Source: an uncultured Armatimonadia bacterium
GTDB lineage: Bacteria > Armatimonadota > Zipacnadia > Zipacnadales > FEN-943
Reading direction: 5' to 3'
Assembly (NCBI GenBank): GCA_964608495.1
Contig: CAZSOQ010000002.1
Location: forward strand, 1-58,884
Length of the DNA: 58,884 bases
This document shows positions 47,001 through 55,089 of this stretch, piece after piece; position 1 is the first letter of the stretch, and every line of letters begins with the position of its first letter. Below the pieces are notes generated by a model, which saw only the letters and a program-made list of their open reading frames with translations, was not told where the DNA came from and did no database searches. A program made the translations under genes and the position numbers.

Positions 47001-48282
47001 CCAGCTTAGCACTGCGGCGGCCCCCCGGAAGGCTCAGACCGAGAGCACCGTCTTCGAGGTGCCCGCCCCCGGCAGCGGCCAGTGGTGGATCCACTGTCGC
47101 GCCTGGGACAAGGCCGGGAACATGAGTGAGGCAGTGGACCGGCGCGTGCTGCTGGACGGCGAGCAGCCGGTAGCTTCGCCCATCGGGCCGGCGGCCGACG
47201 GGCGCGCGGCGGCCAGTGAGGTATCCCTCGCCCTGTTGGACAGGGGTATCGCCGGCGTTGACCCGTCGAGTGTGGTGCTGGAGGTGGGGGGCCAGGGCTA
47301 CACCTGCGAGAACTCGGGACTGACCTTCGACGCGGCCCAGCGGCAGCTAACGTGGAGCTGCGAGAAGGTGCAGCCCGAGCCGGTGGTCTTCAAGGACGGT
47401 CAGACGGTGACCGTGCGCTTGGCCAAGGCGACGGACTACGCGGGCAACGAGTCCGAGACGCACCCGATGTGGAACTGGGTCATGGACTACAGGATGGACA
47501 ACGTCCCGCCGCCCGTGGCCACGATAGACTCGGCGACCCACCGCACCTTCCTCACCGAGACCTTCGAGGGGGGCCTGGGCCAGTGGGCCAGCCCGGGGGG
47601 TACCAACGGGGCGAAGGTCGATCTGGACACCAGTAGCCCGGCCGACGGCAAGGCGGCCGTCAAGCTGACGCAGGTGCAGGGCGGGTCGCTGATGCAGGCC
47701 TATGCCTGTCGGACGACCTTCTATGCCGAAGCCTACCCGATGATCGCCTTCGACTACAACTTCCGGCCGGGCGTGCATCTCGACCTGATGGTGCTGTGCA
47801 ACGGCCAGTGGTTCGCGGTGGCGATGAGCGACAACCCGGCGGGCGCGGTAGGTCGCGTCCCGGACATCGTCGCTGACGGCAAGTGGCATCACGCGTCGGT
47901 CAACGTGTTCCCACTGCTGCGGCGAACCATCCAGAAGGGCAGCCTGGCCGTGACCCAGGTCCTGATCACGGACCGCAATAGCGCCGATAACCAGCCCGGG
48001 GCGGTGGCCCTTTTCGACAACTTCGTCATCGGCCAGATAGGTAACGGCGCGGCAAAGCTCGCCTGGCGGGCGACCGACGCGACGGGCATTCAGGGGTACA
48101 GCTACGTGGTGGACCGCAAGGGCGGCACCGAGCCGGACACGCAGGCCGAGACCACCGAGCGGGCCCTCGTTCTGAGCAAGCTCGAGACGGGGCTCTGGTA
48201 CCTGCACGTGCGCGCCCAGGATGGGGCAGGCAACTGGGGCCCGGCGTCCCACTATGCTATCCTGAACGGCAACGCCGGCTAG
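44044..48282 (+). CDS. 1412-aa secreted TPR protein with a ConA-like domain and three tandem ~375-aa CBM-like + Ig-like modules
   Basis: Signal peptide. TPR-like helices at aa 25-135. FDY(R/N) at aa 478, 860 and 1236. ADGxWH at aa 524, 903 and 1277. WW(A/I)H or WYLH ... D.AGN at aa 642, 1014 and 1385. Confidence 0.65.
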   Translation: MRVAVLAMLVVLTVAVLAPAAEMDFAQALEALRSGQAEAAAQALAAIVGKEPGNLGARFWLGRALLDSGKVAEAAAEWRQVLAQKPESTDTRYWLGVALERQGDTDGARQAWEEVLRRDRGYAAARQALAKLGKAREAPEPAAPATKPTDRPRPAHSRVVVNLGTSGLDIGTLDLLSRNVLDYTFSDAPTDWYTASGNWGTTNRWTCSPQWSWFGGMAEMGPVSAWNKHGFAGDMTVDMYIAWGMIYGYARGHYKNPNDLNISICADGTDLFSGYTFVVGGWENQRTAILRKGEVLAATDEAWALPPAFEDQDPGTYEHHRKWWGIRARKKGNVLQLYFDNRLALEAVDPAPLDRGQVALWGYDNRVVLSRVRLYYEDLVPSGAQLPAEKWAVRQQLTVDGGPAPRIGTAGVLGSGFEQTAEPVTVRDGSFTKLTLAAPGANDKGRCLKLINGGPGGTFGANLISQPVDLVKMPLLSFDYRLPAEARVNLYATVNGKLYEIVFCGREAPAALAEIAGRVPDVQADGRWHRAQLDLLGVLRRATGAWTADSLVANELWFGNLNETDYLTAGLGGNQAGTVWSLDNLYLCGPSQKVSLSPPATAGGKKIKAVAWDVNQDPTAEPSRDGAAAPAPKEVAPGKSGWWWAHVAAQAEDDTWLATAHAAVPIDVDPPQPRLVSPQPESVAGDEAIVVAFDDAGPTAVDWRTLSLSVAGKALRPGQPGVKVEPETARVIVEPAEAGLSFEDGKPVEVEVAVRDAAGNQLSGEQRWSFTCSAQQDKRGPRIAGLQVGRPYLVDADFETALPPMESYSGDSGALLTLDTSTAASGKGSLRLSNPIEYGRFGVRLVTEPFDAGVYRLVSFDYRVSPHYRGDFAVYCNGDWRAVKFCDSDQSIGYLGEVDNVVADGQWHHGEFNLYDMLVRADPKASSYTVRWFVLSDWGRMANYRRRSVWLDNLQVIPVSSSAQPLKVALNAMDPGGVAGASWVLDQLSTAAAPRKAQTESTVFEVPAPGSGQWWIHCRAWDKAGNMSEAVDRRVLLDGEQPVASPIGPAADGRAAASEVSLALLDRGIAGVDPSSVVLEVGGQGYTCENSGLTFDAAQRQLTWSCEKVQPEPVVFKDGQTVTVRLAKATDYAGNESETHPMWNWVMDYRMDNVPPPVATIDSATHRTFLTETFEGGLGQWASPGGTNGAKVDLDTSSPADGKAAVKLTQVQGGSLMQAYACRTTFYAEAYPMIAFDYNFRPGVHLDLMVLCNGQWFAVAMSDNPAGAVGRVPDIVADGKWHHASVNVFPLLRRTIQKGSLAVTQVLITDRNSADNQPGAVALFDNFVIGQIGNGAAKLAWRATDATGIQGYSYVVDRKGGTEPDTQAETTERALVLSKLETGLWYLHVRAQDGAGNWGPASHYAILNGNAG

Positions 48283-48304
48283 AGGCGACCCCGGCGACCC
48301 CACG

Positions 48305-49924
48305 GTGCCCGCGAGCCGGATGCCGCGGCGTCTCGGCCCCTGGAGCGGTGGCTCGACCTTGCGTACCCGTGCTCTGCTGTTCGTAATGGCCCTTGCGCTC
48401 GCCCTGCGGCTGCCGGGCCTCTTCTGGGGCTTGCCGGGGCCGACACACCTGTTCTCATACCATCCCGACGAGTTTCACTCGCTGCGGGGGGCGCTCTCCT
48501 TCGCCCAGGGCGACCTGAACCCCCACTTCCTCAACTACGGATGCCTGTATCTGTACGCCGTGGCGGGCACCTGCGCGGCGGCGCATCCGTCGCTGATGGC
48601 GGCGGTGGCGCAGACGCCGGCGGCGCTGCCACGGGCCCTGAGGACCTGGACCGCGGACGCGCGCCTCGTGTCGCTGGTGGCGGGGCTGGCTACAGTGGCG
48701 GCCGTGGCGCTGGCCGCGCAGGCCCTCGGCGGCCACGGCCTCTGGGCGGCGCTGGCGCTGGCGCTGATGCCCCTGCACAGCCTCCACTGCCGCTATGCCA
48801 CGGTTGACGTCACGCTGGCCCTGTTCGTGGCCCTGGCCGTGTGGGCAACGGCCAGGGGACAAGCCAGGCCCGCCCTGTACGTCTGGGCGGGCGTCTTCGC
48901 CGGCCTGGCCGCCTCGACCAAGTACACCGGGGCGGTTGTCCTGGCCGCGCCCCTGGTCGCGCTGGCAGTGGACGGTGGTCTCCCCGCCGGGAGGCGCGCG
49001 GGCCTCGCCGCGGCCTGCGCGGGGGCTGCCCTCCTGGCCTTCGCGGTCACGTCGCCCTACGTTCTGCTGGCCTGGCAGGAGGCCGGCAGGGATGTCCTTT
49101 TCGAGATGCGGCACATGCGGGTGGGCGAATCGCCCGCGAGAGAGGCCGAGCCCTGGGGCCCCTGGTTTCACCTGAAGTGGCTCACGCTTGGCACCGGAGG
49201 CCTGGCGCTCGCGGGCCTCATCGGCATGGCCATGGCCGCGGCCGCGGGCGACCGGGAACGCCGCTGGCTCCCCGTCGCCGTCCTGGCCGCGATCCTGGTC
49301 GTCATGATATCGGCGACGGGCGTGCGGTACGCCAGGTACGAGCTGCCGCTGCTGCCGCTGGCGGCCCTCGGCGTCGGCTGGCTGGGCGCTCTGGGGCGGC
49401 GCGGCGCGACGGCCGTCCTGACCGCGCTGATGGCCCTGGCGGCCGTGCACTGTGTCACGATCTGCGTGCAGCTCACCAGGCCGGACAGCAGGGACTTGGC
49501 CCTGCGCGAGCTCGTGCAGCGCAGCGAGGCCGACCAGTCGGTGGGGATGCCCTGGCAGCCGTGGTTCCAGGGGCCGCCGGTGGACTACTGCAACGGCGGC
49601 GAGGCCCTGCGGCGCAACCCGCTGTGGGCTGGGTTCTCGCGTGAGCTGAGGCAGCTCGTGGTGACCGGCTACGACGCGGGCGCGCTGGGCGATGGTGGGC
49701 CCGACTGGTTCAGCCTCGGCGAGGTCGAGGATCGGGACTTCCGCCGGGCGGGGCAGGCCACGCCCTTCTGGCAGGCGCTTGAGGCCCACTACGAGGTCGT
49801 GGCCGAGTGGCATCAGGGAAGTCTGGCGGGGCTCGCGCCGCGAGCGCTGAACCCGCCGCAGGACTGGCTGTACCCCGTGATGCCACTGAAGCTAATGCGG
49901 CAGCGCAGCGGCTTATCGGGATAG
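48305..49924 (+). CDS. GT39/PMT-like (ArnT-type) membrane glycosyltransferase
   Basis: Multi-TM protein. The N-terminal loop HLFSYHPDEFHSLRGALSF is typical of GT-C enzymes. The start is GTG at 48305 or ATG at 48320. Confidence 0.65.
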   Translation: MPASRMPRRLGPWSGGSTLRTRALLFVMALALALRLPGLFWGLPGPTHLFSYHPDEFHSLRGALSFAQGDLNPHFLNYGCLYLYAVAGTCAAAHPSLMAAVAQTPAALPRALRTWTADARLVSLVAGLATVAAVALAAQALGGHGLWAALALALMPLHSLHCRYATVDVTLALFVALAVWATARGQARPALYVWAGVFAGLAASTKYTGAVVLAAPLVALAVDGGLPAGRRAGLAAACAGAALLAFAVTSPYVLLAWQEAGRDVLFEMRHMRVGESPAREAEPWGPWFHLKWLTLGTGGLALAGLIGMAMAAAAGDRERRWLPVAVLAAILVVMISATGVRYARYELPLLPLAALGVGWLGALGRRGATAVLTALMALAAVHCVTICVQLTRPDSRDLALRELVQRSEADQSVGMPWQPWFQGPPVDYCNGGEALRRNPLWAGFSRELRQLVVTGYDAGALGDGGPDWFSLGEVEDRDFRRAGQATPFWQALEAHYEVVAEWHQGSLAGLAPRALNPPQDWLYPVMPLKLMRQRSGLSG

Positions 49925-49966
49925 GTGGCGTCGGCTGGGCAGCGGAAGAACCACGACAGGATTAGC

Positions 49967-50003
49967 TTGACAGCGAGAAGGGTATGTACTACTATAGGTA
50001 GTA
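49967..50003 (+). promoter_or_regulatory. Promoter TTGACA-N17-TACTAT with overlapping palindromic operator TACTAC-N5-GTAGTA
   Basis: -35 at 49967-49972, -10 at 49990-49995, palindrome at 49987-50003. Lies in a local AT-rich island upstream of the BlaI-like gene (GGAGGT SD, ATG at 50021). Confidence 0.6.
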
Positions 50004-50020
50004 ATGTGGAGGTAGGAACC

Positions 50021-50470
50021 ATGGCGAAGCAAGCGCCCAGACTATCTAGACTGCATCCCGATCGGCCAGGCATCGAGCTAGCATTGGGTGATCTCGAGTC
50101 GGCCGTGATGAAGGTCATTTGGGCCGCCGGTGAGCCGCTCCCCGTCGAGACAGTGCGGCAGGTCCTCGAGGACGGCGGGCGCAAGACGGCCTACACGACG
50201 GTGATGACGACGCTGGCGCGGCTGCACAAGAAGGGGATCCTGGACCGGGAGCTGCACGGCAGGGCTTACCACTACTGGGCCGCGCTGACGGAGGAGGAGT
50301 TCGCGCGGGCCGTGGCCCAGATGGCGATAGACGGCGTCCTCGGCGCCTTCAGCGTGCCGGCCGTGGCCTACTTCGTCGAGGCCCTGGGCGAGCGCGACCC
50401 TCAGCAGCTCGACCTGCTCGCCGAGCTCGTGGAACGCAAGCGAAGTGAGATGTCCGACCAAGAGCCATGA
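50021..50470 (+). CDS. BlaI/MecI/CopY-family winged-helix transcriptional repressor
   Basis: LGDLESAVMKVIWAAGEPLPVETVRQVLEDGGRKTAYTTVMTTLARLHKKGILDRELHGRAYHYWA. ORF trimmed to the ATG at 50021. Confidence 0.85.
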   Translation: MAKQAPRLSRLHPDRPGIELALGDLESAVMKVIWAAGEPLPVETVRQVLEDGGRKTAYTTVMTTLARLHKKGILDRELHGRAYHYWAALTEEEFARAVAQMAIDGVLGAFSVPAVAYFVEALGERDPQQLDLLAELVERKRSEMSDQEP

Positions 50471-51399
50471 TCGTGGCGGTAGCGGCCCTCACGTCCGCCT
50501 GGATAGCGGGGGCCCTGGCCCTGGTGCTGCTGGCCTTGCCCGTGGCCTCTGTGGCACGTCTGCTCCCGCCTCGCCAGGCCAGGATTGGCGCCCTGCTGTG
50601 GGCCCTTGCGGCCGCGGCAGGGCTTGTCGTGTCTGGGACCGTGCTGGTCCTCGCGCCGCAGTGGGCGGCGCACCCTCTCCTGTACACGCCTCATCTTGAG
50701 CGGCCCCTCCCCCACCTGTGTCTGCTGGGAGCGGCGCGGTGGTGGCTGGGGGTGGAGCTGATCCGGGCGCTCACGCTGGCCGCTTTGGGGCTGATGGCGG
50801 CGGGCCTGACGCGCCTGGCCCTGGGGCTGGGGCGGACCAGGGCCGTGGCCGCGACCCTGCGGGAGCTGCCCCCTCTGCACGGCGCCCTCGACCCGCACGT
50901 CTTCGTCGCCGACGACGCGCGAGGTGGCAGCACGACCGTCGGGCTGCTCAGACCGCGCGTGGTGGTCAGCAGGGCGCTGGCCGAGGAGCTGGCGCCCGAC
51001 GCCCGGGCGGCCGTGATCAGCCACGAGCAATGCCACATCCGCTGGCGCGACCCCCTGGCGCGCCTGGCCCTGTCGGCCGTCGCCGTGGCCTGGCCTGTGC
51101 CGGGCCTGCTGGTGCTGCACGAGTGGACCCGGATGAGTGAGCTGGCGGCCGACTGGCAGGCCGTGACCCGCGTGGGGGCTCAGGCCTGGCGGGATGCCCT
51201 GGCCGCGCTGGACCGAGACGGGGGCACTGCCGAGGAACGGCTGCGCCGCGTCGAGCACCCCGCAGCCGGCAGCGCGGGCTGGATGGCCGCCGCGGCGTCC
51301 TGGAGCTTCCTTGGCGCGGCAGCCCTGGCGCTGTATGGGCGGACTGCCCTTCTCTCGGTGGTGTGCCTCTTCGAGACGGTCCTCACCTCCTGGCAGTAG
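50467..51399 (+). CDS. M56-family (BlaR1-like) membrane metalloprotease without a recognisable extracellular sensor domain
   Basis: ATGA overlap with the repressor gene. TM helices and the HEXXH motif in VISHEQCHIRWRDPLARL. Only 310 aa, with no penicillin-binding-type domain. Confidence 0.7.
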   Translation: MIVAVAALTSAWIAGALALVLLALPVASVARLLPPRQARIGALLWALAAAAGLVVSGTVLVLAPQWAAHPLLYTPHLERPLPHLCLLGAARWWLGVELIRALTLAALGLMAAGLTRLALGLGRTRAVAATLRELPPLHGALDPHVFVADDARGGSTTVGLLRPRVVVSRALAEELAPDARAAVISHEQCHIRWRDPLARLALSAVAVAWPVPGLLVLHEWTRMSELAADWQAVTRVGAQAWRDALAALDRDGGTAEERLRRVEHPAAGSAGWMAAAASWSFLGAAALALYGRTALLSVVCLFETVLTSWQ

Positions 51400-51571
51400 T
51401 GCGGGAGACCCACGGCCCTGCCGCCGGGCGAGCTGGTCCCTCTCCCCCATCCCCAACGTGACGAGGCGCGTGGTGACCCCGCACGAGCGCCGGCTTCGCA
51501 GCGCCGGCGAGGCTCGTGCAAGGAGGCCCAGGGCCTGGGACGAATAGGCGCTCACCAAGGAGGGACGCGTG

Positions 51572-53533
51572 ATGGACGACCAGCCGGCAGTGAAGGTAAT
51601 GATCCTGGGCGTGGATGCGCCGATAGTGCCGCGCGTGCTCAAGTACGTTGCGGAGGGCGAGATGCCCAATCTGCAGTCCCTGATCGAGGAGGGCGTCGTG
51701 GCGGAGAACTGCCTCGTGCCCTTCCCGACGATAACCCCGCCGAACTGGGCCACGATCGTGACCGGCGCCTGGCCCGGCACCCACGGAGTCACCTGCTTCC
51801 ACGTGCACCGCCCCGGCGACCCGCTCGATGAGACCCACCCGGGCTTCGTGAGCTCCGAGGTGCAGGCGGAGTTCCTCTGGGAGGCGGCGGCCCGCGCGGG
51901 CAAGAGGTCCATCGTCCTCAACTACCCCACGTCCTGGCCGCCGCGCGGCCGGCACCGGCTGGTTCAAGTGGCAGGGCCGGGCCTGGCACCCAACGAATGG
52001 CGCGAGTACCCCGGCCGCAAGCAGCCGTGGCTGGTCGCCAACGACCTGTGCGCGGCCCAGCTCCTCGCGACCGACGACTACCCCCAGGGCACCGTGGTGG
52101 AGCCGAGCGCCCCGCGCGACTGGGAGAACCAGCCCGAGGGCGCCACCGTCGAGTACGAGCTGCCGCTGGCCTTCCGCAGCGCGCTGCACGAGCTGGAGCC
52201 CGTGACGTGGTGGGGGCTGGTGGTGAGCGACGGCGAGGGCCCCAGGCTGCTGATCTGCCCCGGCAAGAACGCGGCCACGCCGATCTGCGAACTGCGGGCG
52301 GGCCAGTGGAGCGACAAGGTCCTGTGGCAGTTCAACACCGAGGAGGGACCCCGCCGCGGTGTGCTCAAGTTCAAGCTGCTTGAGCTGCGGCCCGACGGCG
52401 GGGAGCTGAAGCTGTTCCTCAGCCCGATCTGCGCGCTGGACGGCTACCACCATCCGGCGGAGGTGGCCGAGGAGCTGGCGGCGCTGGACCCCATGCCGCT
52501 GTCCGTCTTCGGTATCCAGGAGCTGAACCTGGAGTGGATAGACGACGAGACCTGGGCGGAGGTGATGTGGGAGGCCCACCGGTGGCTGGGCGACGCGGCG
52601 GACCATCTCCTGTCGAGCAAGGCCTGGGACCTGTTCGCCATGCACCTGCACTGCCCCGACTGGGCCTACCACGCGATGGCGACGCGCCTGGACCCGCTGA
52701 CCGAGCCGGACCCGGCCGTGCGGGCACGGTTCGAGGGCTTCGAGCGCGAGTTCCACCGGGCCTGGGACGAGATGCTGGGCAAGATCCTGGCCCACGCCGA
52801 CGAGAACACCGTCGTGGTGGTCGTGTCGGACCATGGGGCCACGGCCACGGGGCGGAACGTCCCGCTCAACAAGATCCTCCAGGACGCCGGGCTGCTGGTC
52901 GTCGAGCAGACGGACGACGGGCCCAAGGTGGACTGGTCGCGGACCAGGGCCGTGGCGCAGCGGTCCTGCTACGTGTACGTGAACCTCGAGGGGCGCGACC
53001 CCGAGGGCTCCGTCAAGCCCGAGGACTACGAGACGGTGCGCGACCAGATCATCGAGGCCCTGCTGTCCTACCGCGACCCCGAGCTGGGGGTGTGCCCCTT
53101 CGTCATGGCCTGGCGCAGAGAGGATGCACGGCCGCTGGGGCTTTACGGCGAGAGGGTGGGCGACATCGTTTTCGCCTACCGGCCGGACTTCGTCGGTCAG
53201 CACGGGCCGCACCTGCCCACCGCTGAGTGGGGCATCGGCGACCTGCACGGCCTGCTCATCCTCAAGGGCCCGAACATCAAGAAGGGCGAGAAGCTGGCGA
53301 GAACCGCCTGGATCACGGACGTGGTGCCGACGGTCTGCTACCTGGCCGAGTGGCCCGTGCCCAGGCAGGCCGAGGGCGCGGTGCTCTACCAGGCGCTTGA
53401 GGACCCGGATGCGCAGACAGACGAGCTGCGACATCTGCGGCGCAACTACGCCCGGCTGAAGCGGGCCTACGACACCGACCAGCACCTCACGCACAGCTAC
53501 CACGATCTCGGCGCCCCGGAGGCCGACTCCTAG
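51572..53533 (+). CDS. Alkaline-phosphatase superfamily protein (type I phosphodiesterase/nucleotide pyrophosphatase family)
   Basis: Motifs: MILGVDAPI, PFPTITPPNWATIVTGAWPGTHGV, VVVVSDHGAT. The ATG at 51572 lies 7 nt after AAGGAGGG. Confidence 0.75.
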   Translation: MDDQPAVKVMILGVDAPIVPRVLKYVAEGEMPNLQSLIEEGVVAENCLVPFPTITPPNWATIVTGAWPGTHGVTCFHVHRPGDPLDETHPGFVSSEVQAEFLWEAAARAGKRSIVLNYPTSWPPRGRHRLVQVAGPGLAPNEWREYPGRKQPWLVANDLCAAQLLATDDYPQGTVVEPSAPRDWENQPEGATVEYELPLAFRSALHELEPVTWWGLVVSDGEGPRLLICPGKNAATPICELRAGQWSDKVLWQFNTEEGPRRGVLKFKLLELRPDGGELKLFLSPICALDGYHHPAEVAEELAALDPMPLSVFGIQELNLEWIDDETWAEVMWEAHRWLGDAADHLLSSKAWDLFAMHLHCPDWAYHAMATRLDPLTEPDPAVRARFEGFEREFHRAWDEMLGKILAHADENTVVVVVSDHGATATGRNVPLNKILQDAGLLVVEQTDDGPKVDWSRTRAVAQRSCYVYVNLEGRDPEGSVKPEDYETVRDQIIEALLSYRDPELGVCPFVMAWRREDARPLGLYGERVGDIVFAYRPDFVGQHGPHLPTAEWGIGDLHGLLILKGPNIKKGEKLARTAWITDVVPTVCYLAEWPVPRQAEGAVLYQALEDPDAQTDELRHLRRNYARLKRAYDTDQHLTHSYHDLGAPEADS

Positions 53534-53564
53534 GCCACTACCCGGAGACAGGAGACGAAGCCGG

Positions 53565-53744
53565 ATGTCGCAGCACTCCCCCGGGAGGCCCTGGGCCCGA
53601 GGGCTGACAGCCGCCGGCCTGGTCCTGGCCATCGGGGGTCCCCTGGCGTGCGCCGCGGCCGAGGATTGCCCCGGGGCCACAACCAGACCGAAGGCCGGGG
53701 CCTGCTCGCCTCGCGCAGGATGCGGCGGCAGCCAAGGTGCCTGA
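53565..53744 (+). CDS. Possible 59-aa secreted Cys-containing peptide (below the ORF-track cutoff)
   Basis: AGGAG lies 10 nt upstream. Sequence: MSQHSPGRPWARGLTAAGLVLAIGGPLACAAAEDCPGATTRPKAGACSPRAGCGGSQGA, which is signal-peptide-like. High GC3. Its 3' end runs into repeat copy B. Could be a chance ORF. Confidence 0.2.
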   Translation: MSQHSPGRPWARGLTAAGLVLAIGGPLACAAAEDCPGATTRPKAGACSPRAGCGGSQGA

Positions 53745-53929
53745 AGGGTGGAGCCGCGTGGCCCTGACGTAGGAGCCAGCCGTTGCCGGCAGTCCTGTCG
53801 CCAGCAATGGCTGGCTCCTACGGGAGGGCCGGCGCCCTGCGCCCGGCGTACCCCCTGGCGGTCGGGGTGTCTGCGTTACCTGCCTTTGCCTGTGACAGAC
53901 CCGTCCTTAGGCAACCGAACACGCCCGGG
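53716..53929 (+). repeat. Copy B of the ~220-nt structured intergenic repeat
   Basis: Aligns with 35952-36179. Perfect 13-bp stem GTAGGAGCCAGCC / GGCTGGCTCCTAC (53769-53781 / 53809-53821). Confidence 0.75.
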
Positions 53930-53944
53930 TGGCAGTGAATAGAG

Positions 53945-55078
53945 ATGTCGTGGTTGCCGCTTCTTGCCTTCAGCATCGGCCATGCCCTGAACGACGGGTA
54001 TCTGGACATGGTGCCACCGCTGCTGCCCGTCATCGCCACAACCTACGGGCTCACGAAGGCGCAGCTCGGCACGCTCATGCTGGCCCTCGCGATCCCGGCC
54101 AACTTCGGCCAGCCCTTCGTCGGCGTGGCCCTGGACCGGCATCGCTACCGCGGCGCCGCCGCCGTCGGGCTGGCCCTCGGCCTGCTCGGCGTGGGCTGGG
54201 TCGGCCTGGGTGCCAGCGTCTCGGTCCTGGCCCTGGCCTTGTTTACCACGGGCGTGGGGACGGCGATCTACCACCCGGCCGGCGGGTCCTGGGTCGGCGA
54301 CATCGGTGGGCGGAGCCGCCGCGCGGCCGCCTTCAGCGTCTTCGCCAGCGTCGGCGCCGTGGGCTACGCCGCCGGCGCGCTCGCCGGCCCGCTGCTTTAC
54401 CAGGCCTTTGGCATGGAGGGCCTGACCTGGGCCGCGCTCTTGGCCCTCGCCTGGGTGCCGGTGGTGCTGATGGCCGAGCGGAGGCGAGCGAGAACGACGG
54501 GCACGGCGAGGGCCGCTGTCGGCCAGGCCTGGACGGAGCGCCGCAGCCTCACGGCGGTGCTCGCGACCACGACCCTGCGCTCGGTCACCGTCGGCGGCTT
54601 CGCTACCTTCCTGCCGATCCTGGCGTCCGAGCGGGGCCTGGGACTCGTGGCGGGCGGCGGGACGCTCTTCGGTTTCCTGGCCGCCAGCTCCTTGGGCCTG
54701 GCTCTGGGAGGCACGGCCGACAGGTGGGGCCGCAGGCGAGTGACGATTGCGAGTCTGGTGGTCGGAGGGCCGCTGATGGCGGCCGGCGCGCTGGTGCCCG
54801 GCTTGGCCGGGATCGCCGCCCTGTGGATCGGGGCGCTGATACTCCGCCTGGGCGAGCCGGGCAATATCGCCCAGACCCAGGAGATCATGGTCGGCAGCAC
54901 CGGCACGGCGGCGGGCATGGCCATGGGGCTGTCCTGGGGCGTGGCCGGCCTGGCCTACCCGCCGCTGGGCGCGCTGGCCGACGCCATGGGCACCAACGTA
55001 GCCCTGGCCGCCTGTGCCGCCCTGTGCCTGCTGGCCATCGTCCCAGCGGCGATGATGCCGGAGACTAAGCCCGAGTAG
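53945..55078 (+). CDS. MFS transporter
   Basis: 377 aa with about 12 TM helices. N-terminus: LAFSIGHALNDGYLDMVPPLLPVI. Weak SD. Confidence 0.75.
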   Translation: MSWLPLLAFSIGHALNDGYLDMVPPLLPVIATTYGLTKAQLGTLMLALAIPANFGQPFVGVALDRHRYRGAAAVGLALGLLGVGWVGLGASVSVLALALFTTGVGTAIYHPAGGSWVGDIGGRSRRAAAFSVFASVGAVGYAAGALAGPLLYQAFGMEGLTWAALLALAWVPVVLMAERRRARTTGTARAAVGQAWTERRSLTAVLATTTLRSVTVGGFATFLPILASERGLGLVAGGGTLFGFLAASSLGLALGGTADRWGRRRVTIASLVVGGPLMAAGALVPGLAGIAALWIGALILRLGEPGNIAQTQEIMVGSTGTAAGMAMGLSWGVAGLAYPPLGALADAMGTNVALAACAALCLLAIVPAAMMPETKPE

Positions 55079-55089
55079 GAGGGCCGAAC

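Noticed and set aside
50467-51399. Calling the M56 protein a beta-lactam sensor (BlaR1/MecR1), and the locus a beta-lactamase regulon.
   Set aside because: There is no penicillin-binding/transpeptidase-like sensor domain and no beta-lactamase or PBP2a-like gene nearby. Only the protease-domain family assignment is supportable.
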